A stretch of DNA of 64,000 nt from an uncultured archaeon. GTDB lineage: Archaea > Iainarchaeota > Iainarchaeia > Iainarchaeales > Iainarchaeaceae. A program made the position numbers and the translations under genes. The notes beneath the pieces were generated by a model. That model did not search any database. It was not told the origin of the DNA and worked only from the letters and a program-made list of their open reading frames with translations. The stretch lies in contig CAZNZM010000001.1 in NCBI GenBank assembly GCA_964577555.1, forward strand, positions 12,684-76,683, given 5' to 3'. Below, piece by piece: positions 47,416 through 58,349 of this stretch; position 1 is the first letter of the stretch; each line of letters starts with the position of its first letter.

Positions 47416-48618
47416 GTGGAGAATATTTTTGAAAAAGAATTTGCTAAAGAAACTATTTTTGTTGACCGCAATTTGATGACTCCGCATTATACTCCGAAAG
47501 TGTTGCCTTTCAGGGAGCCTTTTATTGAAAGCACTTCAAAAATATTGAGTGCCACCTTGAAAGGCGCGAAAGCCGACAATATTTTCATTTATGGCAAAAC
47601 AGGAACAGGCAAAACCAGTGTGACAAAGCATGTCATGAATCAATTGCTTGAATTTGCTTCTTCTAAAAATGTGCCGGTTGAAGGCAATTATGTAAATTGC
47701 AGAAATCACAACAGCAAATACAGAGTCATGATTAAAATAGTGAAAGACCTTTATCCGGAAGAAAATTTCCTTGGTTTTTCCGCTGCTTTTATTTATGAAA
47801 AACTCTTGGCTTACGCGAGAAAGGGCAAACAATTGGTAATTGTCTTGGACGAAATTGACAAAGTCAAGGATCTTGATGAACTTGTTTACGGGCTTACCAG
47901 GGCAAATGATGAATTGGATAAAGGCAGCATAACTTTGATTGGAATCTCAAACAATTTAATGTTCAAAGAAAGACTTGACCCTCGAACAAAAAGCAGTTTA
48001 TGCCAACATGAAATGGTTTTCCCGCCTTACAATGCACAAGAATTAGTAGAAATTTTAAAACAAAGAACCGCAATAGCGTTCAAGCCTAATACTGTTGACG
48101 AATCAGCAATAAATTTGGCCGCGGCAATTGCGGCGCAGGAATCCGGGGATGCAAGAACTGCAGTAATGCTTTTGCTTCGCGCTGGAGAACTTGCAGACAT
48201 GAAAGGAGGCATAGTCACTGACAAAGAAGTGCAAAAAGCAAAAAAACAGGTAGAGGAAGAGCTTATAATTAACATGGTTTCAACATTGCCTGAACAACAA
48301 CAGCTTGTATTGTATTCAATAGCGTGCTTGTCATTGCAAAAAAAACCGATGCAAAAAATTACTGGGGAAAAAGAAACAGGAGTATTATTTTCAGGAGAAA
48401 TTTATGACGAGTATTGCAAAATTTCAAAAAAATTCAAAGAGCAAACAGTCAGTGCTCGTTGGTATAGGGAATATATAACAGAACTTGAAATGTATGGCTT
48501 GATTTACACCGCAAATTCGGGCAAAGGGATTAAAGGGCAAACAACCCTAATAAAACTGGATTTTGAAGCTGAAAAAATAAAAAATTTGATAGAGAAGCAA
48601 TTATTGGAAGTGAATTGA
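47416..48618 (+). CDS. orc1: Orc1/Cdc6 origin-recognition/replication initiator
   Basis: GTG start after an AGGGGG ribosome-binding site. AAA+ Walker A (GKTGTGKT), Walker B (VLDEID), sensor motifs and a C-terminal winged helix. Confidence 0.93.
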   Translation: MENIFEKEFAKETIFVDRNLMTPHYTPKVLPFREPFIESTSKILSATLKGAKADNIFIYGKTGTGKTSVTKHVMNQLLEFASSKNVPVEGNYVNCRNHNSKYRVMIKIVKDLYPEENFLGFSAAFIYEKLLAYARKGKQLVIVLDEIDKVKDLDELVYGLTRANDELDKGSITLIGISNNLMFKERLDPRTKSSLCQHEMVFPPYNAQELVEILKQRTAIAFKPNTVDESAINLAAAIAAQESGDARTAVMLLLRAGELADMKGGIVTDKEVQKAKKQVEEELIINMVSTLPEQQQLVLYSIACLSLQKKPMQKITGEKETGVLFSGEIYDEYCKISKKFKEQTVSARWYREYITELEMYGLIYTANSGKGIKGQTTLIKLDFEAEKIKNLIEKQLLEVN

Positions 48619-48824
48619 ACTTTGTTTTATGATGTTTGTAATAAAAAATTAAAATTTGCATGTGCCTTGGCATTCAAATGCGACACTTATTGAGTGACCA
48701 GCCACTTATTTGTTTTTTTGCCGCGAAAAAAAGTTCTTCATCAATTCCTTAAAAGACAAGGATTTTTCTTGCAAGTATCAAATTTGAATTTGCGGTTTGG
48801 CATCAAAATTTACTCTGACAAAAA

Positions 48825-50927
48825 TTATTTTTTTATCTCTAATTGTTTCTTTACTTTCAAAGCTGTTTTCTCGCCAAGAACCTTTTGAAGGTCTTTTATG
48901 TCGGTTTTTTTCACGTCAGAAATTGTTTTAACGCCTGCGTTGAAAAGTCTTCTCGCCCTTACGCGCCCAATGCCATTAAACTCGCAAAGATGTATCAACT
49001 CCTCTCTTATGCCTTTTTTAATCCTTTTGTGCAACTTTTTAAGTCTTGGCAAATGTTCTTTAATGTCCAAAATTCTTGCAATTTCATGCAAAGAATATAC
49101 AAGCCAATCTGCATTTTCAACCATTGACATTAAAAAACCTGGCTTGATTCCGTAAGTGTCGCAAATAGCCTGCTCTTTGACTTCTGAAATCCAATCATTA
49201 AGAATACTGGCAGTCCAAACTCTTGAAACAAGCAACTCTTCCTCAGACATTTCATCGCCATTTACTGGAATGAATTCTCGGTATTCCTCTAACAAAGATA
49301 GTGCTTGCAAGTATTCTGATTGGAGGAGTTGAATTTGAGAATGGTCTAATTCAAAATATTCAGCAACTATGAAAAGATAAGAAAAATCGTGTAAATTTTT
49401 CTTTTTCAAATAAGATATTATTTTATGGGCCGCAATCGGATCAAGGTACAATTCTGCAATTCTTGCGCCCAAAACAGTGGCTTCTATTCTTGCATCATTG
49501 GTTTTAATAAAACCAATTTTTTCCAAATCAAATAACAATGATTTTATTTTCTCATAAAGAAGGGAAATGTCGCGGTATTGATGCGCATAAAATGTTTTTG
49601 AAAAAAATTTTTCCGCTGAATAAATGTCAAAAATAAAACCTGATGAAATTGCTGCAAGCAAATGAAATGATAAATCGTCTTTCTGGGCAATACTTGAATT
49701 TACTGGTTCAACCTCTCCGTTGACAAAGTATTCTGAATAATTTTCTTTTTCAGTTTCGTTTTTTGCAATTATTATTGACTCGCCACTTAAATCATATTTG
49801 GGTCTTCCAGCCCTGCCGGCCATTTGTTTGTACTCGAATACAGGAATAGTATACCTGCCTTTAGACCCATAACGATAAAGGCTTTGTATAATAACCCTGA
49901 AAGCAGGAAGATTTACTCCTGCTGCCAAAGTCGGGGTTGAAGAAATGAATTTCAAATGATTTTCTTTGAACAAATTTTCTATTATGATGCGTTGCTTCTG
50001 CAACAATCCAGCATGATGAAAACAAGAACCTTGTTTTATCAAGGATGCAATCAAATTGCATTGTTCTGTTGGTTCTTCAAGTACTGAAAGAATTTCTTTT
50101 GCAGCTTTGCTCAAAGCGACACGATCATCTTCAGTAAGATATTTTTCAGATATTCTTGCAAGCTTTTTGGAATTGCTTTCCGACATCTTGCGGCTGTTGG
50201 CAAAAATCAAAGCCTGTTTTCCTTTCTTCAAAGTGTCTAACGCTAATGATGATATTTCGTCTTCTTCAAGTTTTATTTCTTCAACGGAATTTGGAAAAAT
50301 TATTTTTCCATCCAAAAAAATTCCTTCTAATAATTTTACCGGCCTATAATTGCTTTGAACGGGCTTTGCTTCAAGCCATTGAGCTATTTCAAAAGCGTTC
50401 GGAATTGTGGCAGAAAGCCCTATAATTTGAATACTTGGATTAGAGATAATTATTTTCACTATCAACATTTCAAGAGTTGAACCACGGTCTGTGCCAAGGC
50501 AGTGAATTTCGTCAATGATTAGGCAACCTATATTTGAAATCCAATTGGCTTTGTGCGTTATCAAAGAATCTAGCTTTTCATAAGTAGTAAAAATAACGTC
50601 GTTTCTGCCCAGGTTTTCGCCTTTAGAGTCAAAGTCGCCAGTGCTTAATGCTGTGTGTATTGAAAACTTTTCAGAATACTTTCTTTTAAAATCGTGGGCG
50701 TGTTCTGCCGCCAAGGCACGCAAAGGACAAGTATAAACCGCTTTTTTTCTTTTATTAAGCACTGATTGCAAAATCCCTATTTCCGCAATAATTGTTTTTC
50801 CGGAAGCCGTAGGAGAACTCACTATAATGCTGTTTTCAAGCAAACCTTCTTCTATTGCTTTTTTCTGCATTGGATTAAAAGACTCAAAATTGTTGGCTTC
50901 CTTGACAATCTTCAAAACATCCATCAA
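48825..50927 (-). CDS. hel308: Hel308/Hjm Ski2-like DNA helicase
   Basis: SF2 motifs (PTASGKT, DEIH, SAT, QMAGRAGR), WH and ratchet domains, and a C-terminal HhH (GIGRVRARRL). 700 aa. Confidence 0.9.
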   Translation of the reverse strand: MMDVLKIVKEANNFESFNPMQKKAIEEGLLENSIIVSSPTASGKTIIAEIGILQSVLNKRKKAVYTCPLRALAAEHAHDFKRKYSEKFSIHTALSTGDFDSKGENLGRNDVIFTTYEKLDSLITHKANWISNIGCLIIDEIHCLGTDRGSTLEMLIVKIIISNPSIQIIGLSATIPNAFEIAQWLEAKPVQSNYRPVKLLEGIFLDGKIIFPNSVEEIKLEEDEISSLALDTLKKGKQALIFANSRKMSESNSKKLARISEKYLTEDDRVALSKAAKEILSVLEEPTEQCNLIASLIKQGSCFHHAGLLQKQRIIIENLFKENHLKFISSTPTLAAGVNLPAFRVIIQSLYRYGSKGRYTIPVFEYKQMAGRAGRPKYDLSGESIIIAKNETEKENYSEYFVNGEVEPVNSSIAQKDDLSFHLLAAISSGFIFDIYSAEKFFSKTFYAHQYRDISLLYEKIKSLLFDLEKIGFIKTNDARIEATVLGARIAELYLDPIAAHKIISYLKKKNLHDFSYLFIVAEYFELDHSQIQLLQSEYLQALSLLEEYREFIPVNGDEMSEEELLVSRVWTASILNDWISEVKEQAICDTYGIKPGFLMSMVENADWLVYSLHEIARILDIKEHLPRLKKLHKRIKKGIREELIHLCEFNGIGRVRARRLFNAGVKTISDVKKTDIKDLQKVLGEKTALKVKKQLEIKK

Positions 50928-51013
50928 ATCAAAAAAAAAGCTTTTATTGAAAGAATTTAATATATTAATGTCTATTCTTATAACAAAACTTATAACAAAA
51001 AAGGTGCTTTCCT

Positions 51014-54000
51014 TTGAAAAACCTGTATCAAATCTTGCAAAAATTGATTTTATTGATTTTTTTAACTGTTTTGCCTAGCGTGGCCCATGCAGGAATAAGT
51101 TGTGGCGATACAAATTTTGTGTGCGTTGTTACAGGCACCAACACTACCTCGGCAAAGTTTGTGGATGGCAATACTTACGTTATAAATGGCGCAGTTATAT
51201 TTCAAAACAGCGGAGTGGATTTAAACATAGAACCGGGCGCAGTAATAAAGTTTGTTCCTAGTTCAAGTTCCTTGACAATTACGTCATCTGCAAGAATTAA
51301 TGCCAATGGCAATGCAACAAAAAGAATCGTTTTTACATCTTGCAGAGACCAAACAGTAGGAGCAAATACTTCAACCATTCCGTCATGTTCTGGTAATCCT
51401 TTGGACCAGGATTATTCTACTGCAATATCCATAAGCAGCACTGCACAAATGCTTCCTTCTGATTCGCTTAGTTTTATGAGCATAAAATTTGCAACAACAG
51501 GGATTTCTTTGGCAAAATACATTGGAAGTATTCATGACATCAATTTCAGCAGGTTTGGAAGAAGAACTGGTTCTGGAAATGCAATAGCAATTTCAACGCA
51601 AACAGGCACTGAAATATACAATAATTCCTTTGATATAAATTCAAATAATACTAGTGGAGGAGTAAATGCAATACAAATAAGTTCTGATTACAATGGCAGT
51701 ATTCATGACAACAACTTTAATTCAAGGCTGGCATCATACGGGGTTTATGTAAGCTCAGGAAATTTTACTGGGAGTTTCCACGATAATAATGTCACAGCAC
51801 TTGCTTCGCATGGAATGGTTGTAACAACTTCCAATGATTTTAATTCTTCGATTTATAAAAACAAATTTGATATCAATGGAAACGGCGGGAATTATACAGG
51901 GGTTTATAGAAGCGGTTCTTTTTATGGGAACATATATGACAACAATTTTGACATTAAAATGAACGCCTTTGGATTTTATACTCTTGGCACGGGAAATTTT
52001 GACGCAAACATTTACCAAAATTCATTTACGGGTTTAAATTTGCCAAGAGGAATAATATTAACCAATTCAGGATATTCAAAAGCAAAAATTTATTCAAACA
52101 TATTTGACATGAATGGTTTTACAACTTCTTATGGTTATGCAATACAAATCTCTAACGATTTCAACGGAATTATAAACGACAACAATTTTCACTTGAAACA
52201 ATTCATGTATGGAATTTATCATAACGGCGCATCTTTTTACGGAAACGTTGTTGACAACAATTTCGGCTTGGACAGGGCTTATGCAATTTACCACAACTCC
52301 CCAATAATATATTACAGCGATATTAACCGAAATATTTTCTATTCGAAAACACCGAAATATGCGACTTATGTGAGAACAAATTATGGTTATTCACTTTATC
52401 AATATAGTACTGGAGGAACATTTCCAGGAAGCTTTTGTGAAAATACTTTCCAGAATTTTTTCAATAATGGGATAGTATATACCAATGGAACTTTTTCAGG
52501 GAGTTTTTGCAAAAACAAAATAACTGACGCAAATATGACAATTCCTTATTTGTTTTATGTTGGAAGCAATTTTTCTGGTTCAATAATTGACAACAATTTT
52601 TCCAATATGATTGGAAACTATACCAATGCATCATACTTTCTTTTTGGGGAGTCTTACTCTGGAGAAATAAGAAAAAACATTGTATTTGATTTTAACAATT
52701 TACTTACCACAAGCTATTTTATAAGATTGTCTGGAACTCCTACAACCGGCAACATAACAGACAATAACTTTACCAAAATAGTGGGAACCAGCAGTTTGTA
52801 TCTTATAGCATATACAGGCATTGGAACAACTTATACCAATATACAAGACAATAATATGACAAACTTTAGACTGAACGTAACACCATATTATCAATCAAGC
52901 GGAACAATGGCGGGAACCTTCAGAAGAAATAAAATCAATGACCTTAACACTCTGAACAATGCAGTAATTAACACTAGCGGGGTTTTTTCCGGCGCTGTTT
53001 ACGACAATAATTTTTCCAATTTATATAACACAAGAGTTTTTTACCAGTATTTAACCGGTTCTTTTACTGGAGATTTTAACGCAAATATTATTGACAATCT
53101 TTATTTTTCCACTGGTGGCATTGAAACCATGTCAATTGCAGGCTTTTTTTCTGGAAAGATTTATAGCAACAAAATATCAAATATTACTAATTCAAACATA
53201 ATCTATTCCACAGCAAATTTTTCAGGAAGCATATACAACAACAAGATTTCAAACATTACTGGTTCAAACGCAATTTATTCTAACGCTGCTTTTTCAGGAA
53301 ATATTTACAATAACTTGTTTGTTAAAAACAACAGCGCCGCGCATTTTATATACCATGCAAGTTCAAACGCTTTTTCCGGAAGCATTTACAATAATACATT
53401 TACAAACTTCAGAACTGGAACATCTTACGGAGTAAGAAACACAGGCAGTTTTACAGGCAATATATTAAGGAACGTTTTTACTCATGGAAGTGTTGCTCTT
53501 TCAGGAACTTTTTCAGGACAAGTAGGTTATAATGCGTTTTTTTCAATAACAACTATTGGCGGTTCGGCAAACCAACATGTTGGAGACCAAAACACCCAAA
53601 CTGGTTTTTCAAACGACCCTTTTTTGGCTGATAATAGCGACAGAAATTTCTTGTTGAACACTGACAATAATGGAGGACAAAAGCTTGTTAATACAGGAAA
53701 TATTGATTCAACCGAATTCTTCATGAAACGCACAACTTTGAGAAGCAACAAGCTTGACACAGGCATAATTGATTTGGGTTATCACTACGACCAAAATGCG
53801 TTATATGTTATAGTGCAATCGCCTAATGGCGGAGAAATAATTTCAGGAACAGAAAACATAGATTTCAACGTTGAATCCGGCTTTGGTTCAAGCAATGAAA
53901 TATTTGTTACACTTTCATATTCGCCATTCACTTCTGGCGGGACGCAAATAACGAGCAATTCTTTGAATGCATTTGTTTGTTCTTCAGGACCTGTTTATGT

Positions 54001-57000
54001 GTGTTCTTATTCTTGGGATTCTTCTGATATTACTGATGGAAATTATTACATAATTCTGTCGGCAATGTATCAGGATAATAATACAAGCGACTCGTCAGAT
54101 CAAAATTTTACTTTGCTTTCAATACCTAAATTTGCCTTGAGAACATATCTTGGTTCAAAGCCGAGAGGATTCTTTACAAAAGGGCAGGACGTGAATATAG
54201 TAGTTTATACTACTACTGCAAATCCTTTGATAAACATAATAGAAGCAAGAACGGGCAATATTTTGGTTTCAAATGCATCTATGTCACCAACATCTCCATC
54301 TTCGGACATGAATGGTTATGCTTATTCATATAAAGTTGATGGAAATGAAGGGTGGTATGATGCAAGAATTTCAGGCAAGACATTTGAACATATATTTTAT
54401 GTTACAAATGCATGGCAGAACAGGTATGTTGACAATAATGGCATAGTAGTGCCTTTCAGTATACCTGTTGATGTCACAGAACCTGGAAAAGTGCAAAGAT
54501 GGTTTGCGCCAATACAATTAAACTTGGATTTTAATTACCTGTCAAACCCAAATGGTGTTAGGGTAATAGATTATAATGGCGACACTTACGTAGAGATACC
54601 AAGCCAAACTTATGATTTGAATTATTCTGGAACTAAAGCTTCTTCAGGCAAAGTCGCTTTCATGGCTTCGTTTGATTTGGGCGAAACAAGGAATTTTTTT
54701 GCCAATTATTCAAGGCAACAAAACCCAAAAACATATTACCCTGACATGAATCTTTCTTTTATTGACTCAAATTACATTGTGGAAAATTCCTCACTGAAAG
54801 TTGAAATAGATTTGAACCTTGGAGGAAATGTCACAAGAATATTCAACAAAAAAGGGACTAACACCAACTTGGGCGGAGCCACGCCTTCGGTCCTTTCGCC
54901 TGAATCAAAATCTGGAATATATACTTATACATCATACTCTGTTTCAAATCCAAATTATTCGCTTGATGTGAATGGCGGAATATTCAGCAAAATAAGGGTT
55001 TGGGCAAGAACTGGACAAATGGATTATAACACTACTTACTACTTTTATGCTAAGCAACCTTATTATGAAACAGACATAAATTCAAAGCCTGTGAGCACGC
55101 AAAATTGGAGTTATTATTATGATGATTACAAAGTAATGGATTCGAACAAATTTTTGGTGTTCAGTTATAATTCTGGCGGTTCAGTGACAAATTACGATTT
55201 GAATAGTAATGGCTCTGGAAGTACTCTTACTTTTGGGGATGCTAATTATTGGGGTGTTTACAACCGGAATACGAGCGATGCATTTGGCACTATGTTTATT
55301 AACAGATACAGCACTACTGGAGAATCAATCAGTTCCAAATTTTATGATGAAACGGATTACGATTATTGGACAAGACAGATGTATTCAGGAATAGTAACTG
55401 AAGCTGATAGATTCAATTCAAGAATAGGACACAACCTTTTCAACCCTTGGAATCGTCTCGGTGACCTTAACTCTGACTTCATTAGCGCAAAATACGGCTT
55501 GGCAAAAAGCATTGGAACAACGCAAACCAATGATTTGAATGCGCCTGTTTTCGTTGATTGGAATTCAACTCCTTATGATGCAAACGATTCAGCTGACTTG
55601 AATGTTTGGGCTGTTATAAACGACAATTTGCAAGTTGATTATGTTGACATAAATATTTCAGGGCCTAACATAAATATACAAACAAGGCAACAATACAACG
55701 ACGCAAACATAGTTGCTTATTATGTAATTGACTCAAATACTTTAAATGCGGGCACAATAGACGTAAATTTTAGGGCAACCGACATAGCAAAAAATTCAAC
55801 AATAAAATCTTGGCAAATAAGTGTCAGTGATTTGAAAGCTCCAAAAGTTTGGAAAATTACTCTTACGCCTGACGACAACGCAAGCATAGATCCTGATTCA
55901 AACATAACGTTTGATGCAAACATCAATGAATACACTGGAGTTTCACAAGTAAAATTGTTCATAAGATATTATAACGAAACAACACAAGGATGGAGCGATT
56001 GGAATGCTATAAGTATGAATTTTTCAAGCCAGCCTTCCGATTACAATTACAATTACACTTTGACATATAACATCCCAGCAGATCTGAACAAGCATTTCCA
56101 ATACAAAATATATACAAAAGACACGCAAGGAAACGATGCCAATTCTGATACAAACAACTTTTATGCTTACATAGATTATACTTGGGGGTTAGCTCCGACA
56201 AACTTTGGAACAAAAACAGAAGCTTTGGACGCCAACATAACAATAGGAGACATAAACATAACAAATACTGGTGATGCGCCAATCACATTTTCCATAACAT
56301 CAAATTGGGATCCTGGAAAAAACGTGTTTTTCAATTTACAACCTGGATCAACTCCTTATGAAATAACAGTAAATGCTGGACAAACAGCTTCAGTAAATAC
56401 TAAAGTAACCACAAAAACCACTGAAAGGTCAGATTCATTGACAATAACTTTTACTCCAAAAATTTCATCTGCACAGCCTCAGAATGCAACAAGTTCTGGA
56501 ACCATAATAAGTTTGGCTGGCGGGCCTTTTATGTTTGTGGAAATACCTACTTACAACCAATCAGTATTGCAAGGAGACACTGGCAAAAGTTACGTTGCAA
56601 AAGTGACAAACAAAGGAAATGAAGACGCTAATAATGTGGTGCTTGCTTGGACTTTGCCGGAAGGTTGGACCATAACTTCTGGAAGTTCTTCTGTTTCAAT
56701 ATCTACTTTGGGAATAGACGAATACTTATTCAATTCAATTGTTGTAAGCATAAGCGAAAGCGCGCAATCTGGAACAGTGACATTGACTGCTACGGCAACG
56801 CCTGATGGGAACGAATTAAAAACAAGGTCCGAATCTGTTAATGTGGTGGTGGTTTCAACACAAACAAGCCAAGCACCCACATGTAGCGATGGAATTCAAA
56901 ATCATGGGGAAACCGGCATTGACTGCGGAGGCCCTTGTCCGCCATGTGGCGGGGGAGTAGTAGGAACAAGCAGTGCATCAAGCTCGTCAAGCAGTTCTGG

Positions 57001-58333
57001 CGGAGGCGGCGGTGGAAGCATTTTTACAACAGAGGAACAAGTAAGAACTTTTTTCCAAACAGTTGAAAAATTCGAACTTGTAAGGGGAAAAGACCAGGAA
57101 TTCAAAGTAAGAATAAAGAATCCTTTCCCTGACAAAGAATTGAGAAACATAACTGCTGAAGTAACAGGGTTATTGTCAAAATACTTGAACATTGAAAACC
57201 CTGAAATACCATCGCTAAAACCCGACGAAGAAAGCTTTCTAAAAGTGAAAATAGTGGCGCCAAAATACTTTGAACCTGGAAGGCACGAATTGACTTTCAC
57301 AATAAAAGGCGTATTGTCGGTAAAAAAAAGAAACTCGATTGTTGACACTCCATTTACATTCAAAACAAATGTAACTTTATTCATAAGAGACATAACAAAA
57401 AAAGAGGCTGCGGAAATAATTTCAAAAGCAAAATCAGAAATAGCTGAATTGGTTTCAATGGGTTTGAATGTTTCGGAAATGCGAAATATTCTTGAAGAGG
57501 CGGAAATAAATATAGATGCAAACGAATACGACTTGGCGGCCAACAATGCAAACACCATATTAGCATTGGGCAAAATAGCAAAGGAAGCCGTACAAGAAAT
57601 GAAAAAACTTGACGAACTAATCAGCAAAAGCGAAGAAGAAAGGATTGACATTCCAAAAACAAAAAAAATGAGGGAATTGGCAAAACTTGCGCTTGACAGG
57701 GGAGACTTCCAAAATGCGTTGGATGTGCTTAAAGAAGCTCACCTAACACACAGCCTTGAAACAAAAGGCGCTTTCAATTATGGTTATTTCATAATGCAAA
57801 ACAGCTTTGCCATATCAACAGGCGCGATTGCAGGAATACTGTTCTTTATAGTTTCACTAATAAGTTTGAAGAGATTCTCGCTTAAAAACAAAATAAAAAC
57901 ACTCAAAGCCGAAGAAAAATTGCTGATTGAACTAATAAAAGAAACCCAACATCAATGCTTTGTTGCTGGAAAAATAAGTATGAACGAGTACCAAGATGCG
58001 TTAAACCATTATGAAAAAAAATTCACGGAAGCAATAGAAAAAATGATTGAAGCTGAAAATGAACTTATAAACCAATTAAACATCAAATCAAAAAGAACAA
58101 AACTGGCTGAAGAAAGGGAAAGAATCTTAAACGAATTGAAAGAAACCCAAAAACAATACTTCAAAGAAGGGTTGATTGAAACAAGAATGTATCAGGCAAA
58201 AATTGAAAATTTGACAAAAAGGCTGAATGAAATAGAAAAAAACATAACATATGAAGAAGCTATAAGTTCAATAAGAAAAAACAGTGGTTGGTTAAGCATC
58301 TTCTGGAGGGTTTATTATAAAATCTTCAAATAA
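51014..58333 (+). CDS. Giant (2439 aa) secreted surface protein: signal peptide, about 28 degenerate beta-helix repeats, beta-sandwich/CARDB-like domains, Cys-rich knot, Ser/Gly linker, helical stalk, TM helix, cytoplasmic coiled-coil tail
   Basis: Single uninterrupted ORF. N-terminal signal peptide (LLIFLTVLPSVAHA). N/G/S/T-rich with about 25-aa GSIxDNNF-type periodicity. CARDB-like V.N.GNEDANNV.L.W.LPEGW. CSDGIQNHGETGIDCGGPCPPC. S8G6 linker. TM FAISTGAIAGILFFIVSLISL near residue 2275, then a roughly 155-aa helical tail. Confidence 0.85.
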   Translation: MKNLYQILQKLILLIFLTVLPSVAHAGISCGDTNFVCVVTGTNTTSAKFVDGNTYVINGAVIFQNSGVDLNIEPGAVIKFVPSSSSLTITSSARINANGNATKRIVFTSCRDQTVGANTSTIPSCSGNPLDQDYSTAISISSTAQMLPSDSLSFMSIKFATTGISLAKYIGSIHDINFSRFGRRTGSGNAIAISTQTGTEIYNNSFDINSNNTSGGVNAIQISSDYNGSIHDNNFNSRLASYGVYVSSGNFTGSFHDNNVTALASHGMVVTTSNDFNSSIYKNKFDINGNGGNYTGVYRSGSFYGNIYDNNFDIKMNAFGFYTLGTGNFDANIYQNSFTGLNLPRGIILTNSGYSKAKIYSNIFDMNGFTTSYGYAIQISNDFNGIINDNNFHLKQFMYGIYHNGASFYGNVVDNNFGLDRAYAIYHNSPIIYYSDINRNIFYSKTPKYATYVRTNYGYSLYQYSTGGTFPGSFCENTFQNFFNNGIVYTNGTFSGSFCKNKITDANMTIPYLFYVGSNFSGSIIDNNFSNMIGNYTNASYFLFGESYSGEIRKNIVFDFNNLLTTSYFIRLSGTPTTGNITDNNFTKIVGTSSLYLIAYTGIGTTYTNIQDNNMTNFRLNVTPYYQSSGTMAGTFRRNKINDLNTLNNAVINTSGVFSGAVYDNNFSNLYNTRVFYQYLTGSFTGDFNANIIDNLYFSTGGIETMSIAGFFSGKIYSNKISNITNSNIIYSTANFSGSIYNNKISNITGSNAIYSNAAFSGNIYNNLFVKNNSAAHFIYHASSNAFSGSIYNNTFTNFRTGTSYGVRNTGSFTGNILRNVFTHGSVALSGTFSGQVGYNAFFSITTIGGSANQHVGDQNTQTGFSNDPFLADNSDRNFLLNTDNNGGQKLVNTGNIDSTEFFMKRTTLRSNKLDTGIIDLGYHYDQNALYVIVQSPNGGEIISGTENIDFNVESGFGSSNEIFVTLSYSPFTSGGTQITSNSLNAFVCSSGPVYVCSYSWDSSDITDGNYYIILSAMYQDNNTSDSSDQNFTLLSIPKFALRTYLGSKPRGFFTKGQDVNIVVYTTTANPLINIIEARTGNILVSNASMSPTSPSSDMNGYAYSYKVDGNEGWYDARISGKTFEHIFYVTNAWQNRYVDNNGIVVPFSIPVDVTEPGKVQRWFAPIQLNLDFNYLSNPNGVRVIDYNGDTYVEIPSQTYDLNYSGTKASSGKVAFMASFDLGETRNFFANYSRQQNPKTYYPDMNLSFIDSNYIVENSSLKVEIDLNLGGNVTRIFNKKGTNTNLGGATPSVLSPESKSGIYTYTSYSVSNPNYSLDVNGGIFSKIRVWARTGQMDYNTTYYFYAKQPYYETDINSKPVSTQNWSYYYDDYKVMDSNKFLVFSYNSGGSVTNYDLNSNGSGSTLTFGDANYWGVYNRNTSDAFGTMFINRYSTTGESISSKFYDETDYDYWTRQMYSGIVTEADRFNSRIGHNLFNPWNRLGDLNSDFISAKYGLAKSIGTTQTNDLNAPVFVDWNSTPYDANDSADLNVWAVINDNLQVDYVDINISGPNINIQTRQQYNDANIVAYYVIDSNTLNAGTIDVNFRATDIAKNSTIKSWQISVSDLKAPKVWKITLTPDDNASIDPDSNITFDANINEYTGVSQVKLFIRYYNETTQGWSDWNAISMNFSSQPSDYNYNYTLTYNIPADLNKHFQYKIYTKDTQGNDANSDTNNFYAYIDYTWGLAPTNFGTKTEALDANITIGDINITNTGDAPITFSITSNWDPGKNVFFNLQPGSTPYEITVNAGQTASVNTKVTTKTTERSDSLTITFTPKISSAQPQNATSSGTIISLAGGPFMFVEIPTYNQSVLQGDTGKSYVAKVTNKGNEDANNVVLAWTLPEGWTITSGSSSVSISTLGIDEYLFNSIVVSISESAQSGTVTLTATATPDGNELKTRSESVNVVVVSTQTSQAPTCSDGIQNHGETGIDCGGPCPPCGGGVVGTSSASSSSSSSGGGGGGSIFTTEEQVRTFFQTVEKFELVRGKDQEFKVRIKNPFPDKELRNITAEVTGLLSKYLNIENPEIPSLKPDEESFLKVKIVAPKYFEPGRHELTFTIKGVLSVKKRNSIVDTPFTFKTNVTLFIRDITKKEAAEIISKAKSEIAELVSMGLNVSEMRNILEEAEINIDANEYDLAANNANTILALGKIAKEAVQEMKKLDELISKSEEERIDIPKTKKMRELAKLALDRGDFQNALDVLKEAHLTHSLETKGAFNYGYFIMQNSFAISTGAIAGILFFIVSLISLKRFSLKNKIKTLKAEEKLLIELIKETQHQCFVAGKISMNEYQDALNHYEKKFTEAIEKMIEAENELINQLNIKSKRTKLAEERERILNELKETQKQYFKEGLIETRMYQAKIENLTKRLNEIEKNITYEEAISSIRKNSGWLSIFWRVYYKIFK
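51490..53560 (+). repeat. Degenerate roughly 75-bp tandem repeats inside the giant CDS, encoding parallel beta-helix-like G(S/N)I(Y/H)DNNF units
   Basis: A repeated peptide pattern (GSIHDNNFNSR.., GSFHDNNVTA.., GNIYDNNFDIK.., ANIYQNSFTG.., GIINDNNFHLK.., GNVVDNNFGLD.., ...) is visible in translation. Confidence 0.6.
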
Positions 58334-58349
58334 ACAAAAAGCCAGAAAT

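Noticed and set aside
56902-57651. 249-aa minus-strand ORF inside the giant surface-protein gene (and smaller ones at 51755-52294, 55720-56282)
   Set aside because: Antisense to the long repetitive, continuous + strand ORF. No independent signals.
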